A DNA stretch of 64,000 bases from contig CAWBVY010000004.1 in the NCBI GenBank assembly GCA_963792415.1, positions 96,001 through 160,000 of the forward strand, written 5' to 3'. Origin of the DNA: Candidatus Deferrimicrobiaceae bacterium. Its GTDB lineage: Bacteria > Desulfobacterota > Deferrimicrobia > Deferrimicrobiales > Deferrimicrobiaceae. This document shows, piece by piece, positions 11,489-21,523 of the stretch; position 1 is the stretch's first letter; each line of letters opens with the position of its first letter. Under the pieces are notes generated by a model. The model was not told where the DNA came from, made no database searches, and worked only from the letters and a program-made list of their open reading frames with translations. A program made the translations under genes and the position numbers.

Positions 11489-12607
11489 TCAGACGCTTCC
11501 GGGACGATCCAGCCGCGCTTCCAGGATCCCCGCGGCGACGGGGATCACCAGGAGGACCGCCACGAGGGCGACCACCCCCCTCCACCCCGCACAGCGATAC
11601 GCCAGGCCGCTCGCCGTGATCCCCGCCGTCCCCCCCAGATAGTAGAAGAAGACGTACAGGGAGTTCCCCCTCCCGCGACTGGTCGACAGCTTCCGGTTCA
11701 ACGCTCCCACCGCGGCGATATGGACGATGAAAAAACCGGCACACACCCCGACAAGCGCCACGGCCACGGCCTCAACGAACGGGGCCAGCGTGAGGAGGAT
11801 GGAAGCGCCGAATACGGCCCCGCCGACCGCCATCGCGATCCCGTTTCCCAGCCGGTTCCCGAGCCGCCCCGCAAAGGGACCGATCGCGACGCCGACCAGG
11901 TAGGAAAGGTACAGCATTGTGATGAGGTGCGTGGGCAGCAGGAACGGCGGCCCGGCAAGGTGGAACGGCAGGTAGTTGAAAACGGAGGAGAAGGCCCCGA
12001 ACGACGCCGCGCCGACGGAAAAGATCCGCAACAGGTCGTGACGGGAGAGCAGCGCGGCGAACCCCGCCTCTTCCCCTCCGGCATCGGGGATCTTCTCCTC
12101 CCGCGGGAGCCATCGTCCCGCGTCGAGGGTCGCGAGGAGAAGAAAAGCGGAGGCGGTCACGAAGGCGTAGCGCCAGTGAAGGGGCGGATGGAGGAACCCC
12201 GCGAGCAATCTTCCCCCCAGCCCCCCGGCCACGGTGGCGGAGACGTACGCCCCCATCGCAACGTTCAGGCGCTCGGCGGGAAGGCGACGGACGAGATACA
12301 CCACGAGGCACGTGGTGAGCGACGGGACGAACACGCCCTGGAGAAACCTCCCGGCCACCAGGAGCGGAAAGCTGCTCGTGGCCGCGCAGAGGAAGCCGCA
12401 CAGGGAAGCGAGTGTCCCGCCGACGAGGATGATCGGCCTGGCGGGGAAGCGGTCCGCCAGCCGTCCGAACGGCAAGGTGGCCAGCGCGATCCCGAAGATC
12501 ACGGCGGATACCGTGAGGGACGCCTTCGCCGCGTCGACCCCAAACTCTTCCCGCAGGACCGGGAGCACGGGTTGGGTAAGGTAGATCGTCGAAAACGTCG
12601 CGGCCAC
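11489..12607 (-). CDS. MFS transporter (YnfM-like); true start probably a little upstream
   Basis: YLTQPVLP, GRLADRF, GRFLQG, YYLGG; hydrophobic frame continues upstream of the GTG without a canonical start. Confidence 0.85.
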   Translation of the reverse strand: MAATFSTIYLTQPVLPVLREEFGVDAAKASLTVSAVIFGIALATLPFGRLADRFPARPIILVGGTLASLCGFLCAATSSFPLLVAGRFLQGVFVPSLTTCLVVYLVRRLPAERLNVAMGAYVSATVAGGLGGRLLAGFLHPPLHWRYAFVTASAFLLLATLDAGRWLPREEKIPDAGGEEAGFAALLSRHDLLRIFSVGAASFGAFSSVFNYLPFHLAGPPFLLPTHLITMLYLSYLVGVAIGPFAGRLGNRLGNGIAMAVGGAVFGASILLTLAPFVEAVAVALVGVCAGFFIVHIAAVGALNRKLSTSRGRGNSLYVFFYYLGGTAGITASGLAYRCAGWRGVVALVAVLLVIPVAAGILEARLDRPGSV

Positions 12608-12684
12608 CAGGAGGAATACCCTCGCCTGGAGCGACGCCGACCCTGCCTCCCGGCCTGCGGATGAAACGGGAATCTTCCCCGGTG

Positions 12685-12891
12685 TTACGAGCGATACTTG
12701 AAGGAGATGTTCACCCGTGCCCGGTAGGCGACGACCTTATTCTTGTCGATCGCCATGTCCAATTTGACGACTTCCGCGACCCTGAGGTCCTCGAGGGACT
12801 TCCCGGCGGTCTCCACCGCGTTTTTCGCGGCTTCCTCCCACGATGTCTTGCTCGTGCCCACGATTTCGATGACTTTGTAAACGCTGTCCAT
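12685..12891 (-). CDS. dodecin family flavin-binding protein
   Basis: VYKVIEIVGTS..SWEEA..NAV, YRARVNISFKY. Confidence 0.9.
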   Translation of the reverse strand: MDSVYKVIEIVGTSKTSWEEAAKNAVETAGKSLEDLRVAEVVKLDMAIDKNKVVAYRARVNISFKYRS

Positions 12892-13072
12892 GGCTCCTCT
12901 CCTTCCCGGGCGGATTTTGCTCTCATCGGATCGATCAACCACGTTTCATGGTACCACTCTCCCTCTGGAGCCGCGCGCGCTTTCGTTCGCCCCCCTGGGG
13001 ATCACCGCGCGGGGAACCGTCGGGAAATCGACCGGTTCCCCCTTCCTGCCGGGAGGGAACTATGTATACTGT

Positions 13073-14697
13073 ATGCAAAATCGGAGATTCCTCGCAGAAA
13101 TGCCTTGGCGAAAAAGCATAGCAATGAAGATCATCCTGAGCGTCGTCGGGATGATCCTGATCGTGAACGGCGCCCTGGCGTACCTTTTTCTCGACATCCA
13201 GGGGGAAAACCTCAACCACGCGATCCACCGGAACGCCTCGCAGCTCAGCGAGACGATCAAGAAATCGATCCAGAACGACATGCTCGAGAACCGGAAGGAA
13301 GCCGCCTACAAGATCATGGAGACGATCGGAGGGCAGGAGGGGATCGAAAAAGTCCGCGTCTACAGCTCCGAGGGGAAGATCCTCTTCTCCAGCGGCAACC
13401 CGGGCGAGGTCGGCCAGATGGTCAACCAGAAGGCGGAAGCCTGCTTCGGGTGCCACGCGGAAGCCCGCCCGCTCGAGCGGCTGGAGACGTCCGGACGGAG
13501 CCGTGTTTTCTTTTCCGAGCACGGCGACGAGGCGGGCGGCACGAACCACCGCGTCCTCGGGATCATCAATCCGATGTACAACGAGGCTGGCTGCTCCTCC
13601 GCGGCGTGCCACGCCCACCCAATGTCGCTGAAGGTCCTGGGGGTGATCGACGTCACCATGGACCTGAGCGAGGTGGATAACCAGATGACCCTGGCGCGGC
13701 GCCAGGTCCTGGTCGTGAGCGTCGTCTCGCTGGTCGCCATCTGCATCATCGTCGCCCTCATCCTCCTCCACTTCATCGAAAAGCCGGTCAAGGAGTTCGT
13801 CCTCGGCACGAAGCGGATCTCCGGGGGGATCTCGACCATTTCATCAACGTCACGACGAACGACGAGATGGGGCACCTGGCGATGTCGTTCAACCAGATGA
13901 CCCTGGATCTTCAGAACGCGCAGAAGGAGATCCAGGAGGGGATCCGGAACCTGGAGCAGAAGGTGGAGGAGCGGACGCAGGAACTCAAGGCGACCCAGTC
14001 GCAGCTGCTGCATTCGGAGAAGCTTGCGGCCGTGGGGGCGCTGGCGGCGACCGTCGCGCACGAGATCAACAACCCGCTGACCGGCGTCTACACCTACATC
14101 CGGCTCATGGAGAGGAAGCTCGACCTGGGACAGCATGGGCCGGAGGATCTCTCGAGATACAAGGGGTTTCTCGACACGATGCGCAGGGAGGTCGAGCGGA
14201 CGACCGCCATCGTGCAGAACCTTCTCGACTTCACGCGGCCGAAGGACCCGCTCCGCAAGCCGATGAGCCTCGTCAAGGTGCTGGAGGAGTCCCTCGCCCT
14301 CGTCTCGAACAAGCTGAGCCTCAGTAACATCGCGGTGGTGAAGGTTCTGAACCCCCTACCGGATATCCAGGCCGACCCGGCGCACATGAAGCAAGTGTTG
14401 CTCAACCTCCTCATCAACGCCTGCGAAGCGATGGAAGAGGGGGGAACCTTGACGATCCGGTCCGATCACCACCCGGATGCGAACACCGTGACGATGAGCT
14501 TTCACGACACGGGGAACGGAATAGAGGAAAAGGACCTGGCGCGGATCTTCGACCCCTTCTTCTCCACGAAGAAGAAGGGGACCGGGCTGGGCCTCTCGGT
14601 CGTCAACGGCATCGTGACCCGCCACGGCGGCAAGGTGGAAATCGACAGCGCCCCCGGGAAGGGAACCGATTTCCGGGTGACCCTGCCCGTCGGGTAA
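13073..14697 (+). CDS. membrane sensor histidine kinase with periplasmic CxxCH/Cx4CH domain; frameshift at G6 run 13823-13828
   Basis: Two TM helices, CFGCH and CSSAACH; adding one G gives HAMP ISGGDLDH..DEMGHL; AHEINNP, N box, FDPFF, GTGLGL. Confidence 0.88.
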
Positions 14698-14712
14698 AGG
14701 AAAGCGGAGAAC

Positions 14713-15267
14713 ATCGGCAACGTCATCTACATCCGGCCTGTCGGGGCTGTGGAACACGGGATCCTCCAATGGCTGAGGAAAGAGATGGGTGACTGCCTCA
14801 TGGCGACCGTACGGACGCTTCCGGCGCTCCCCGTTCCACCCGAAAGCTTCGAGGCCCGCCGGAACCAGTACTATTCGACGAGGATTCTCAAGGAGATGCT
14901 CGGGGAGGTCCCGCAGGACGCGCTCAAGCTCCTGGGGGTGACGGACAAGGACCTGTGCATCCCGATCCTGACGTACGTCTTCGGGGAGGCGCAGGTGGGC
15001 GGGACGGCCGCCGTCGTTTCCCTCGCCCGGCTGCGACAGGAGCATTACGGGCTGACGCCGGACCGGCCGCTGCTCCTGGAGAGACTTCGCAAGGAAAGCC
15101 TCCACGAGCTGGGGCATACGTTCGGCCTCGTTCATTGCCCGTTGAGGGAATGCGTGATGTACCTTTCGAACACCGTGGTGGACGTGGACACCAGGGGGCG
15201 GGATTTCTGCATGGGTTGCCAGACGGTCGTGGCGTCAAAAAACACCGCGGCGGAGAGGCGGGGATGA
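14713..15267 (+). CDS. archaemetzincin-family Zn metalloprotease (first canonical start GTG 14749)
   Basis: RNQY, VFGEA, HELGHTFGLVHC..CVM, FC..C. Confidence 0.88.
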   Translation: MGNVIYIRPVGAVEHGILQWLRKEMGDCLMATVRTLPALPVPPESFEARRNQYYSTRILKEMLGEVPQDALKLLGVTDKDLCIPILTYVFGEAQVGGTAAVVSLARLRQEHYGLTPDRPLLLERLRKESLHELGHTFGLVHCPLRECVMYLSNTVVDVDTRGRDFCMGCQTVVASKNTAAERRG

Positions 15268-16631
15268 CGATGGAGAAGAAGGTCAACATCATGGTGGTGG
15301 ACGACGAGGAAATCGTCCGGGCTTCGCTGACCGGCTGGCTCGAGGAGGACGGGTATCACGTGGAGGCCGTGGAGAGCGGCAGGAAGGCGCTGGAACGCCT
15401 CCCCGAGAGGAGCTGGGACCTGATGCTCGTGGACCTGAAGATGCCCGGGATGGACGGAATCCAGCTGATGGACGAGGTCCACAAGACGGCGCCCGAGATG
15501 CTGGTCATCATCATGACGGCCTACGCGACGGTCGACACCGCCGTGAAGGCGATGAAGAAGGGGGCCTACGACTATTTCGTCAAACCGTTCAACCCCGACG
15601 ACATCTCCCTGACGATCCGGAAGATCGTGGACCATCACAAGCTCGTCCAGGAGAACCTGTTTCTGCGGAAGGAGCTCAAGAAGCAGTACAAGCTGAGGGA
15701 CATGATCAGCAAGAACGAGAAGATGCTGGAGATCTTCGACCTGGCGCGGACCGTGGCGAAGAGCAGCTCGACGGTCCTCATCCAGGGCGAGAGCGGGACG
15801 GGGAAGGAGCTTCTCGCGCGGGCGATCCACGACGAAAGTCCCAGGATGGACGCCCCGTTCATCTCGGTGTCCTGCGCTTCCCTCACGGAATCCCTGCTCG
15901 AGAGCGAGCTCTTCGGGCACGAAAAGGGGGCCTTCACCGGCGCCACCGTCCTGAACCGGGGGAAACTGGAGCTCGCCCAGGACGGGACCCTCTTCCTGGA
16001 CGAGATCGGGGACATCAGCCTGAAGCTGCAGATGGACCTCCTCCGCGTCCTCGAGCAGCGGGAGTTCCGGCGGGTCGGGGGGTCGGAACTGATCCCCATC
16101 AACTCGCGGATCATCGCCGCCACGAACCGGGACCTTTCGGCCGCGATCGCGGAGGAACGGTTCCGCGCCGATCTCTACTATCGCCTGAACGTCATCTCCA
16201 TCCACATCCCGCCGCTGCGGGAGAGGAGGGAGGATATCCCGCTCCTGATCGACCACTTCATCGAGAAATTCAACATCGAGATGGGGAAGGAGATCCGCGG
16301 GATCAGCGAAGGGGCCGTGAGAATCCTGATGGGCAACGATTGGCCGGGGAACGCGCGGGAACTTCGGAACGTCATCGAGAGGGCGGTGGTCGTCGCCAAG
16401 GGGAACATCGTCACCGAGTCCGACATCACCCTTCCGTCCACCGCTTCCGGCGCGAATCACCGGACGAAATCGCTCGAGGAGATCGAGAAGGCGCATATCC
16501 AGGTGGTCCTGAACGAGCACCAGTGGAACATCGTGCGATCCGCCCAGGCGCTCGGGATCGACCGGGTCACCCTCTACAACAAGATCAAGAAATTCGGCTT
16601 GAAGAAGGAAGGGGCGGCACCGAAGGGGTGA
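15264..16631 (+). CDS. sigma-54-dependent NtrC-family response regulator
   Basis: REC (VDDE, DLKMPGMDG), GESGTGKE, ELFGHEKGAFTGA, FRADLYYRLNV, Fis HTH. Confidence 0.95.
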   Translation: MTMEKKVNIMVVDDEEIVRASLTGWLEEDGYHVEAVESGRKALERLPERSWDLMLVDLKMPGMDGIQLMDEVHKTAPEMLVIIMTAYATVDTAVKAMKKGAYDYFVKPFNPDDISLTIRKIVDHHKLVQENLFLRKELKKQYKLRDMISKNEKMLEIFDLARTVAKSSSTVLIQGESGTGKELLARAIHDESPRMDAPFISVSCASLTESLLESELFGHEKGAFTGATVLNRGKLELAQDGTLFLDEIGDISLKLQMDLLRVLEQREFRRVGGSELIPINSRIIAATNRDLSAAIAEERFRADLYYRLNVISIHIPPLRERREDIPLLIDHFIEKFNIEMGKEIRGISEGAVRILMGNDWPGNARELRNVIERAVVVAKGNIVTESDITLPSTASGANHRTKSLEEIEKAHIQVVLNEHQWNIVRSAQALGIDRVTLYNKIKKFGLKKEGAAPKG

Positions 16632-16675
16632 GGAAAAACCCGATAGGCTGTTGAAATCCGCAACACGATAATCCG
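16604..16675 (+). repeat. 72-bp imperfect direct repeat, copy 1
   Basis: 62/72 identical by manual alignment to 21235-21306. Confidence 0.9.
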
Positions 16676-16695
16676 CAGCTGAAGGCCAAGGGACG

Positions 16696-18039
16696 TCATG
16701 CTCCGAGCAAGCGGTCGGGAAGCCACATCACGATGTCCGGGAACATCGCGAGCAGCATGATATAGATCGCCATGATGGCGATGAACGGCAATACCCCCCA
16801 CATGATTTCCCGGAACTTGATGTCCGGCGCGATTCCGTTGATGACGAACAGGTTCAGGCCGACGGGAGGGGTGATCAGCCCCATTTCCATATTGATCGTC
16901 ATCACGATGCCGAACCAGATCGGGTCGAACCCGTGAGCGAGAATTCCCGGCATGACCACCGGCGTCACCATCAGGATGATCGCCACCGGCGGCAGGAAAC
17001 ATCCCAGCACCAGCAGCAAAACGTTCACCCAGAAGAGGTAGGCCCACTTCGACATATGCAATCCGACAAGCCACTCCGTCGCGCTTTGGGAGATGTGAAG
17101 GTAGCTCATCACATAGGTGAAGAGGAAGGCCATGGCGATGATCATCATGATCATGCACGATTCCCGGGCGGTGCCCGCAAGAATCCCCTTGATGTCCTTC
17201 CACCGGTAGGTCCGGTACACGATCGCGACGAGCGCCATCGCCCCGAATGCGCCGACCGCCGCCACTTCCGACGGGGTCGCAAAGCCGCCGTACAGGGCCA
17301 CCATCACGACCAGGACCAGGATCAAAAACGGGAGCAGCCGCGGGAGGGTTTGCAGCCGCTCCCGCCACGTGAAGTTCTCTTCCCTGAGCATCTCTTTCGC
17401 CAGCTCGCCGCCCTGCCCCGCCTGCGCGCGCCGTTTTTCCCGCAGGAACGCGAGCACGACCCAGGCAGCGAACCAGGACGCGAGAAGGAATCCGGGGATG
17501 ACCCCCGCAAGAAACAGCTTCCCGATCGACTGCTCGACGATGATGCCGTAAATGATCAGGGTGATGCTGGGCGGAATGAGGATCCCGAGTGTCCCCCCGG
17601 CCGCGATCAGGCCGGATGCCAGTGCCGGCGAATACCCGCGCCTGCGCATCTCGGGAATGCCCATGCCGCCGATCGCCGCACAGGTGGCCGGACTGGAGCC
17701 GCACATGGCGGCGAAGATGGAACAGCCCGCCACGTTGGCGACGCCCAGGCCGCCCGGCAGCCGGTAAAACCAGCGGTGCATCGACTCGTACAGGTCGACG
17801 GCCGCGCGCGTCTTCCCGACCGCGGAACCCATGAAGATGAACAGGGGAATCGCCAGGAGCGTGAAGTTGTTCAGTTCGCCGTAAATCGTTTCGGCAATGA
17901 TCTGGATGTTGCTGGCGGGAAGGAAGAGAAACATGAACGTGACGGCGACTCCCCCGAGGGCAAACGCGATCGGAATGCCGCTGAGAAGCAGCAGCAGCGC
18001 GGAACCGATATAGAGAACTCCTATGGAAAAAACGTCCAT
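16696..18039 (-). CDS. dctM: TRAP transporter large permease
   Basis: LLAIPLFI, GSSPA, GILIPPSI, TPSE, GLITPPVGLNLF. Confidence 0.93.
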   Translation of the reverse strand: MDVFSIGVLYIGSALLLLLSGIPIAFALGGVAVTFMFLFLPASNIQIIAETIYGELNNFTLLAIPLFIFMGSAVGKTRAAVDLYESMHRWFYRLPGGLGVANVAGCSIFAAMCGSSPATCAAIGGMGIPEMRRRGYSPALASGLIAAGGTLGILIPPSITLIIYGIIVEQSIGKLFLAGVIPGFLLASWFAAWVVLAFLREKRRAQAGQGGELAKEMLREENFTWRERLQTLPRLLPFLILVLVVMVALYGGFATPSEVAAVGAFGAMALVAIVYRTYRWKDIKGILAGTARESCMIMMIIAMAFLFTYVMSYLHISQSATEWLVGLHMSKWAYLFWVNVLLLVLGCFLPPVAIILMVTPVVMPGILAHGFDPIWFGIVMTINMEMGLITPPVGLNLFVINGIAPDIKFREIMWGVLPFIAIMAIYIMLLAMFPDIVMWLPDRLLGA

Positions 18040-18040
18040 G

Positions 18041-18550
18041 CTACGCCTTTCGAACGGGAGGAGCGAGCAGGTCGTCAATGATCTGAACGACAAGCTGAAG
18101 GGTCAGCGTGGTCATCCCCAGCGACATGAAGAAGTAGGGGATCCAGAGCCTGGGCGCCCAAATGGAGTCGGTCACCCACCCTCCCTCCCAGGCCTCGAAG
18201 AAATAGCGCCACATGTAGAAGGAAATAAACGCGCAGAACCCGGCCGACAGGATGTCGGCGAGCAGGTGCCGCCACCAGTTCCACCGGGGCGACAGAAGGC
18301 TTTCCAGCACCTCGATCCCGACATGGGCGCGCCATTCCTGCGTAAACGCGGCGGCCATGAAGGTCGAGGCGATCAGCAAAAAGATGTTCAGCTCGAGGTG
18401 CCAGTCATGGGGCGCCCGGAAGAAATAGCGCGCCACGACCTCGAACGAGATCGCGACCGTGGATAAAACGATCAGAAGCGCACTCCCATAGCCCATGACG
18501 AGGTTGACCCGCCGCATCACGAGCTGGAATGGCCCCCAGGCTCGCCGCAT
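18041..18550 (-). CDS. dctQ: TRAP transporter small permease
   Basis: Four TM helices, VVARYFF, HVGIE; between dctP and dctM. Confidence 0.9.
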   Translation of the reverse strand: MRRAWGPFQLVMRRVNLVMGYGSALLIVLSTVAISFEVVARYFFRAPHDWHLELNIFLLIASTFMAAAFTQEWRAHVGIEVLESLLSPRWNWWRHLLADILSAGFCAFISFYMWRYFFEAWEGGWVTDSIWAPRLWIPYFFMSLGMTTLTLQLVVQIIDDLLAPPVRKA

Positions 18551-18566
18551 GTCGGTACCGCCGGAG

Positions 18567-19595
18567 CTACTTCACCGATACTGCCATGTCGATCAGGCGC
18601 TTCCCGTCCTTGACCTTATCGGCGAAATCCTTCCATGCGCTTTCCGCGGCAATCTTGCGCCACTTCGCGAACATCGCCTCGTCCATGTCGTGAACGGCAA
18701 CACCGGCCTTGGTGTACACGTCGGCCACCCGCTGGTCATCCTCCTTGGCGGATTTCACCGCGAACGCATCCAGGGAAGCGCCCACCTCCGTGACGATCTT
18801 CTGCTGTTCCGGGGTGAGACTGTCGTAGGTGGACTTCGCCATCAGGAGCGGCTCGAACATGTACCAGAAGGTCTTGTTCCGGGCCGTGGTCACGTGCTTT
18901 CCCACCTCGTAGAGCCGGTAGCTCACAAGAGAACCGCTGGAAGTCCAGAGTCCGTCGGCCACCCCGGAATGCAGGGCGCTGTAGGCTTCGTCCGACGGGA
19001 AGCTGACGATCGCGCCACCGGCCGCCTTGAGCATGATCTCGATCGACTTCCCGGCGCCTCGCAACTTCAGGCCTTTTATATCTTCCGGATTGAGAATCGG
19101 TTTGTCCCGGGAGACGTTGCCCCCCGCCTGCCATACCCACGTGATGATCTTGACGCCGTTCTCCTCCACGGCCTTCGTTAGCTCCTGCCCGATGGGAGCC
19201 GTCTTCCACCGCAACCCCTGCTCGTAGCTCGTGATGAGCGCCGGCATGAGCGTGATATTGGCGATCGGCAGTTTCCCGCCCTGGTACGCCAGCGGGAAAA
19301 CGGACATGTCGAGCGCACCCTTCGACATGGCATCGAATTGCAGTCTCGATTTCACCAGCGATCCGGCAGGGTAGATCTCGAACTTCAACGCGCCATTCGT
19401 GCGTTTCTCCACTTCCTGCGCGAACTTCCGCGCCAGGCGATCCCGGAAGTCCCCCTCATCCGCGGTGCCGCCGGGGAACTGATGGGAGATCTTGATGACG
19501 CGTGCATCCTGCGCGTGGGCCGGAGGCGAAGACGGGAAGAGGAACATCCCGGCCAGGATCAAAGGTAGTGCAAACCTCGTTATGCAAGTTTTCAT
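18567..19595 (-). CDS. dctP: TRAP substrate-binding protein
   Basis: Signal peptide, ISHQFP, EDIKGLKLR, Y.AL.SGVADG. Confidence 0.92.
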   Translation of the reverse strand: MKTCITRFALPLILAGMFLFPSSPPAHAQDARVIKISHQFPGGTADEGDFRDRLARKFAQEVEKRTNGALKFEIYPAGSLVKSRLQFDAMSKGALDMSVFPLAYQGGKLPIANITLMPALITSYEQGLRWKTAPIGQELTKAVEENGVKIITWVWQAGGNVSRDKPILNPEDIKGLKLRGAGKSIEIMLKAAGGAIVSFPSDEAYSALHSGVADGLWTSSGSLVSYRLYEVGKHVTTARNKTFWYMFEPLLMAKSTYDSLTPEQQKIVTEVGASLDAFAVKSAKEDDQRVADVYTKAGVAVHDMDEAMFAKWRKIAAESAWKDFADKVKDGKRLIDMAVSVK

Positions 19596-19869
19596 TTCAT
19601 CCCCTCCTTTTGTGGTGCTGGCCTGGCCAGCAGAACCTCAATTCATGCGGGTCAATCCATATTATTGTTCCCCCGCTGAAATGGGAGTAGCGCGAGGATT
19701 TCCGTTACCCCGTTCCGCCGCAGCAAAACGCCGTCTCTGAAAAGGTAATTCGGATTATCCCACAGAAGACGGCTTCTTTCCATCTTCCCGGTGAGAAATC
19801 CGTGCCATGCCGGCACGCGGCATCAAGGACCAGACCCCAACAGAAGGGTTTTCCCCCTATAATGGTGAC

Positions 19870-21216
19870 ATGGGATCGTTGGGCCTGCTTCATACGTTCT
19901 CGAAAACCGTCGGCAGCCTCCGGGACCGCTTCCTTCCGCCCAAGCCAGGGAGGCAGGACATTCTGCGGCTTGCGGAGGCGCTCCTCTCCGGACAGGGGGA
20001 GGCATCCGACGTGGCAGTGGCCAGGAACTTTCTGGCGGCATATGACGCCCTGACGGAAGAAAAAAAACTTTTCTTCCTTACGCTTCTCGATCAGCAATTC
20101 GGCCCGGATCAGGTGCGCCTGGAACGGGCCCTCACGAAGTTCCAGGGGCAGCCGACAGCCCAGGCCGCGCAGGAAATGCGCGAAGCGGCCGAGTCGCGGC
20201 GCGAGGTGCTCTTTCGGCGGATCAACCTTTCTCCCGGCGGAACGAGGGGGCTCCTGCAGATGCGTGAGGATGTCTTGCGCAACCTGCCCGCCGTCCCGGA
20301 GCTGGCCTCCGTTGACGCGGATTTCAAACACCTCTTCTCGTCATGGTTCAACCGCGGATTCCTGGTCCTGCGGCGGATCGACTGGACCACGCCGGCCAAC
20401 ATCCTGGAAAAGATCATCCGATACGAGGCGGTTCATGAGATTGCCAGCTGGGACGATCTTCGCAGGCGGCTGGAACCGACGGACCGGCGCTGTTTCGCCT
20501 TCTTCCATCCAACGATGCAGGACGAACCGCTGATCTTTCTCCAGGTTGCCTTGACATCGGAGGTTCCCGTGGCGATCGTCCCCTTGCTGGCCGACGAAAG
20601 AAATCCGATCCCCCCCGGCAAGGCGACATTCGCCGTTTTCTATTCCATCTCCAACTGCCAGGTGGGGCTGAAGGGGATCCCCCTGGGCGACTTTCTCATC
20701 AAGCAGGTGGTGGAGGACCTGAAACGGGAGTTCCCGTCCCTGAAGACCTTCATCACCCTGTCGCCGGTCCCCGGATTCCTGCGCTGGCTGGCGCAGGAAC
20801 GGGGCAAGGAGGCCTCGCAGTATGTCACGGGCGAGGACAAGGACGTGCTCGCCCTGCTCGACACGCCGGACTGGCACATGGAAGCGAACGCGGCCAACCT
20901 GCTGAAACCCAGGCTTCTATCCGCCGTCGCCGCCTACCTGCTGGCGGTCAAGACGGAATCAGGAAAGCCGATCGACCCGGTTGCGCGCTTTCATCTGGGC
21001 AACGGCGCACGCCTGGAGAGAATTCATTGGCTCAGCGATCTGACCCCCAAAGGGTTAACACAAGCCGCCGGGTTCATGGTCAATTACCTCTACGAGCCTG
21101 ACCGGATCGAACGGAACCAGGACTCCTTCGCCCTGCATGGCGAAATCGTCTCTTCCCACGCCGTGCGGAAATACCTGCGCTCCGATATCCAGAAACGTAT
21201 CCCCTCCCCTTCCTGA
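19870..21216 (+). CDS. malonyl-CoA decarboxylase (MatA-like)
   Basis: SWFNRGFL, YEAVHEI, FYSISNCQ.GL.G, TLSPVPGF, DPVARFHLGNGA, MVNYLY. Confidence 0.93.
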   Translation: MGSLGLLHTFSKTVGSLRDRFLPPKPGRQDILRLAEALLSGQGEASDVAVARNFLAAYDALTEEKKLFFLTLLDQQFGPDQVRLERALTKFQGQPTAQAAQEMREAAESRREVLFRRINLSPGGTRGLLQMREDVLRNLPAVPELASVDADFKHLFSSWFNRGFLVLRRIDWTTPANILEKIIRYEAVHEIASWDDLRRRLEPTDRRCFAFFHPTMQDEPLIFLQVALTSEVPVAIVPLLADERNPIPPGKATFAVFYSISNCQVGLKGIPLGDFLIKQVVEDLKREFPSLKTFITLSPVPGFLRWLAQERGKEASQYVTGEDKDVLALLDTPDWHMEANAANLLKPRLLSAVAAYLLAVKTESGKPIDPVARFHLGNGARLERIHWLSDLTPKGLTQAAGFMVNYLYEPDRIERNQDSFALHGEIVSSHAVRKYLRSDIQKRIPSPS

Positions 21217-21234
21217 AACGGCACCCGATGGCCT

Positions 21235-21306
21235 GAAGGAAGGGGCGGCGCCGAAGGGGTGATGATTAACTCAACAGGCTGCTGAATTCCGCAACACAAT
21301 AATCCG
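21235..21306 (+). repeat. 72-bp imperfect direct repeat, copy 2
   Basis: GAAGGAAGGGGCGGC.CCGAAGGGGTGA...TCCGCAACAC.ATAATCCG. Confidence 0.9.
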
Positions 21307-21360
21307 TAACAAATTCAACATGTAATCTTTCCCCGCCGGGAAGTGTAAAGAATATCAACA
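21280..21360. promoter_or_regulatory. candidate upstream activator sites for the sigma-54 activator
   Basis: TGCTG-N7-CAACA (21280-21296), TGTAA-N7-CAACA (21344-21360), extra CAACA 21316-21320; 100-180 bp upstream of the -24/-12 site. Confidence 0.5.
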
Positions 21361-21460
21361 ATTTCCGGTTTTCCGTCCCTTCCGCCTCCCCGCACACCTC
21401 AGGCCAATTACTCTTTTATTAACAGATGGATATACGGCGCATGCCGATCTGGACCGGAGC

Positions 21461-21475
21461 TGGCACAACCATTGC
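21461..21475 (+). promoter_or_regulatory. sigma-54 -24/-12 promoter
   Basis: TGGCAC-AACCA-TTGC matches consensus; AT-rich tract upstream. Confidence 0.88.
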
Positions 21476-21523
21476 GGTAGTGAGGTGCGCGGGAGGTCGT
21501 CCCCGCGGAAGGAGGTGGGAACG

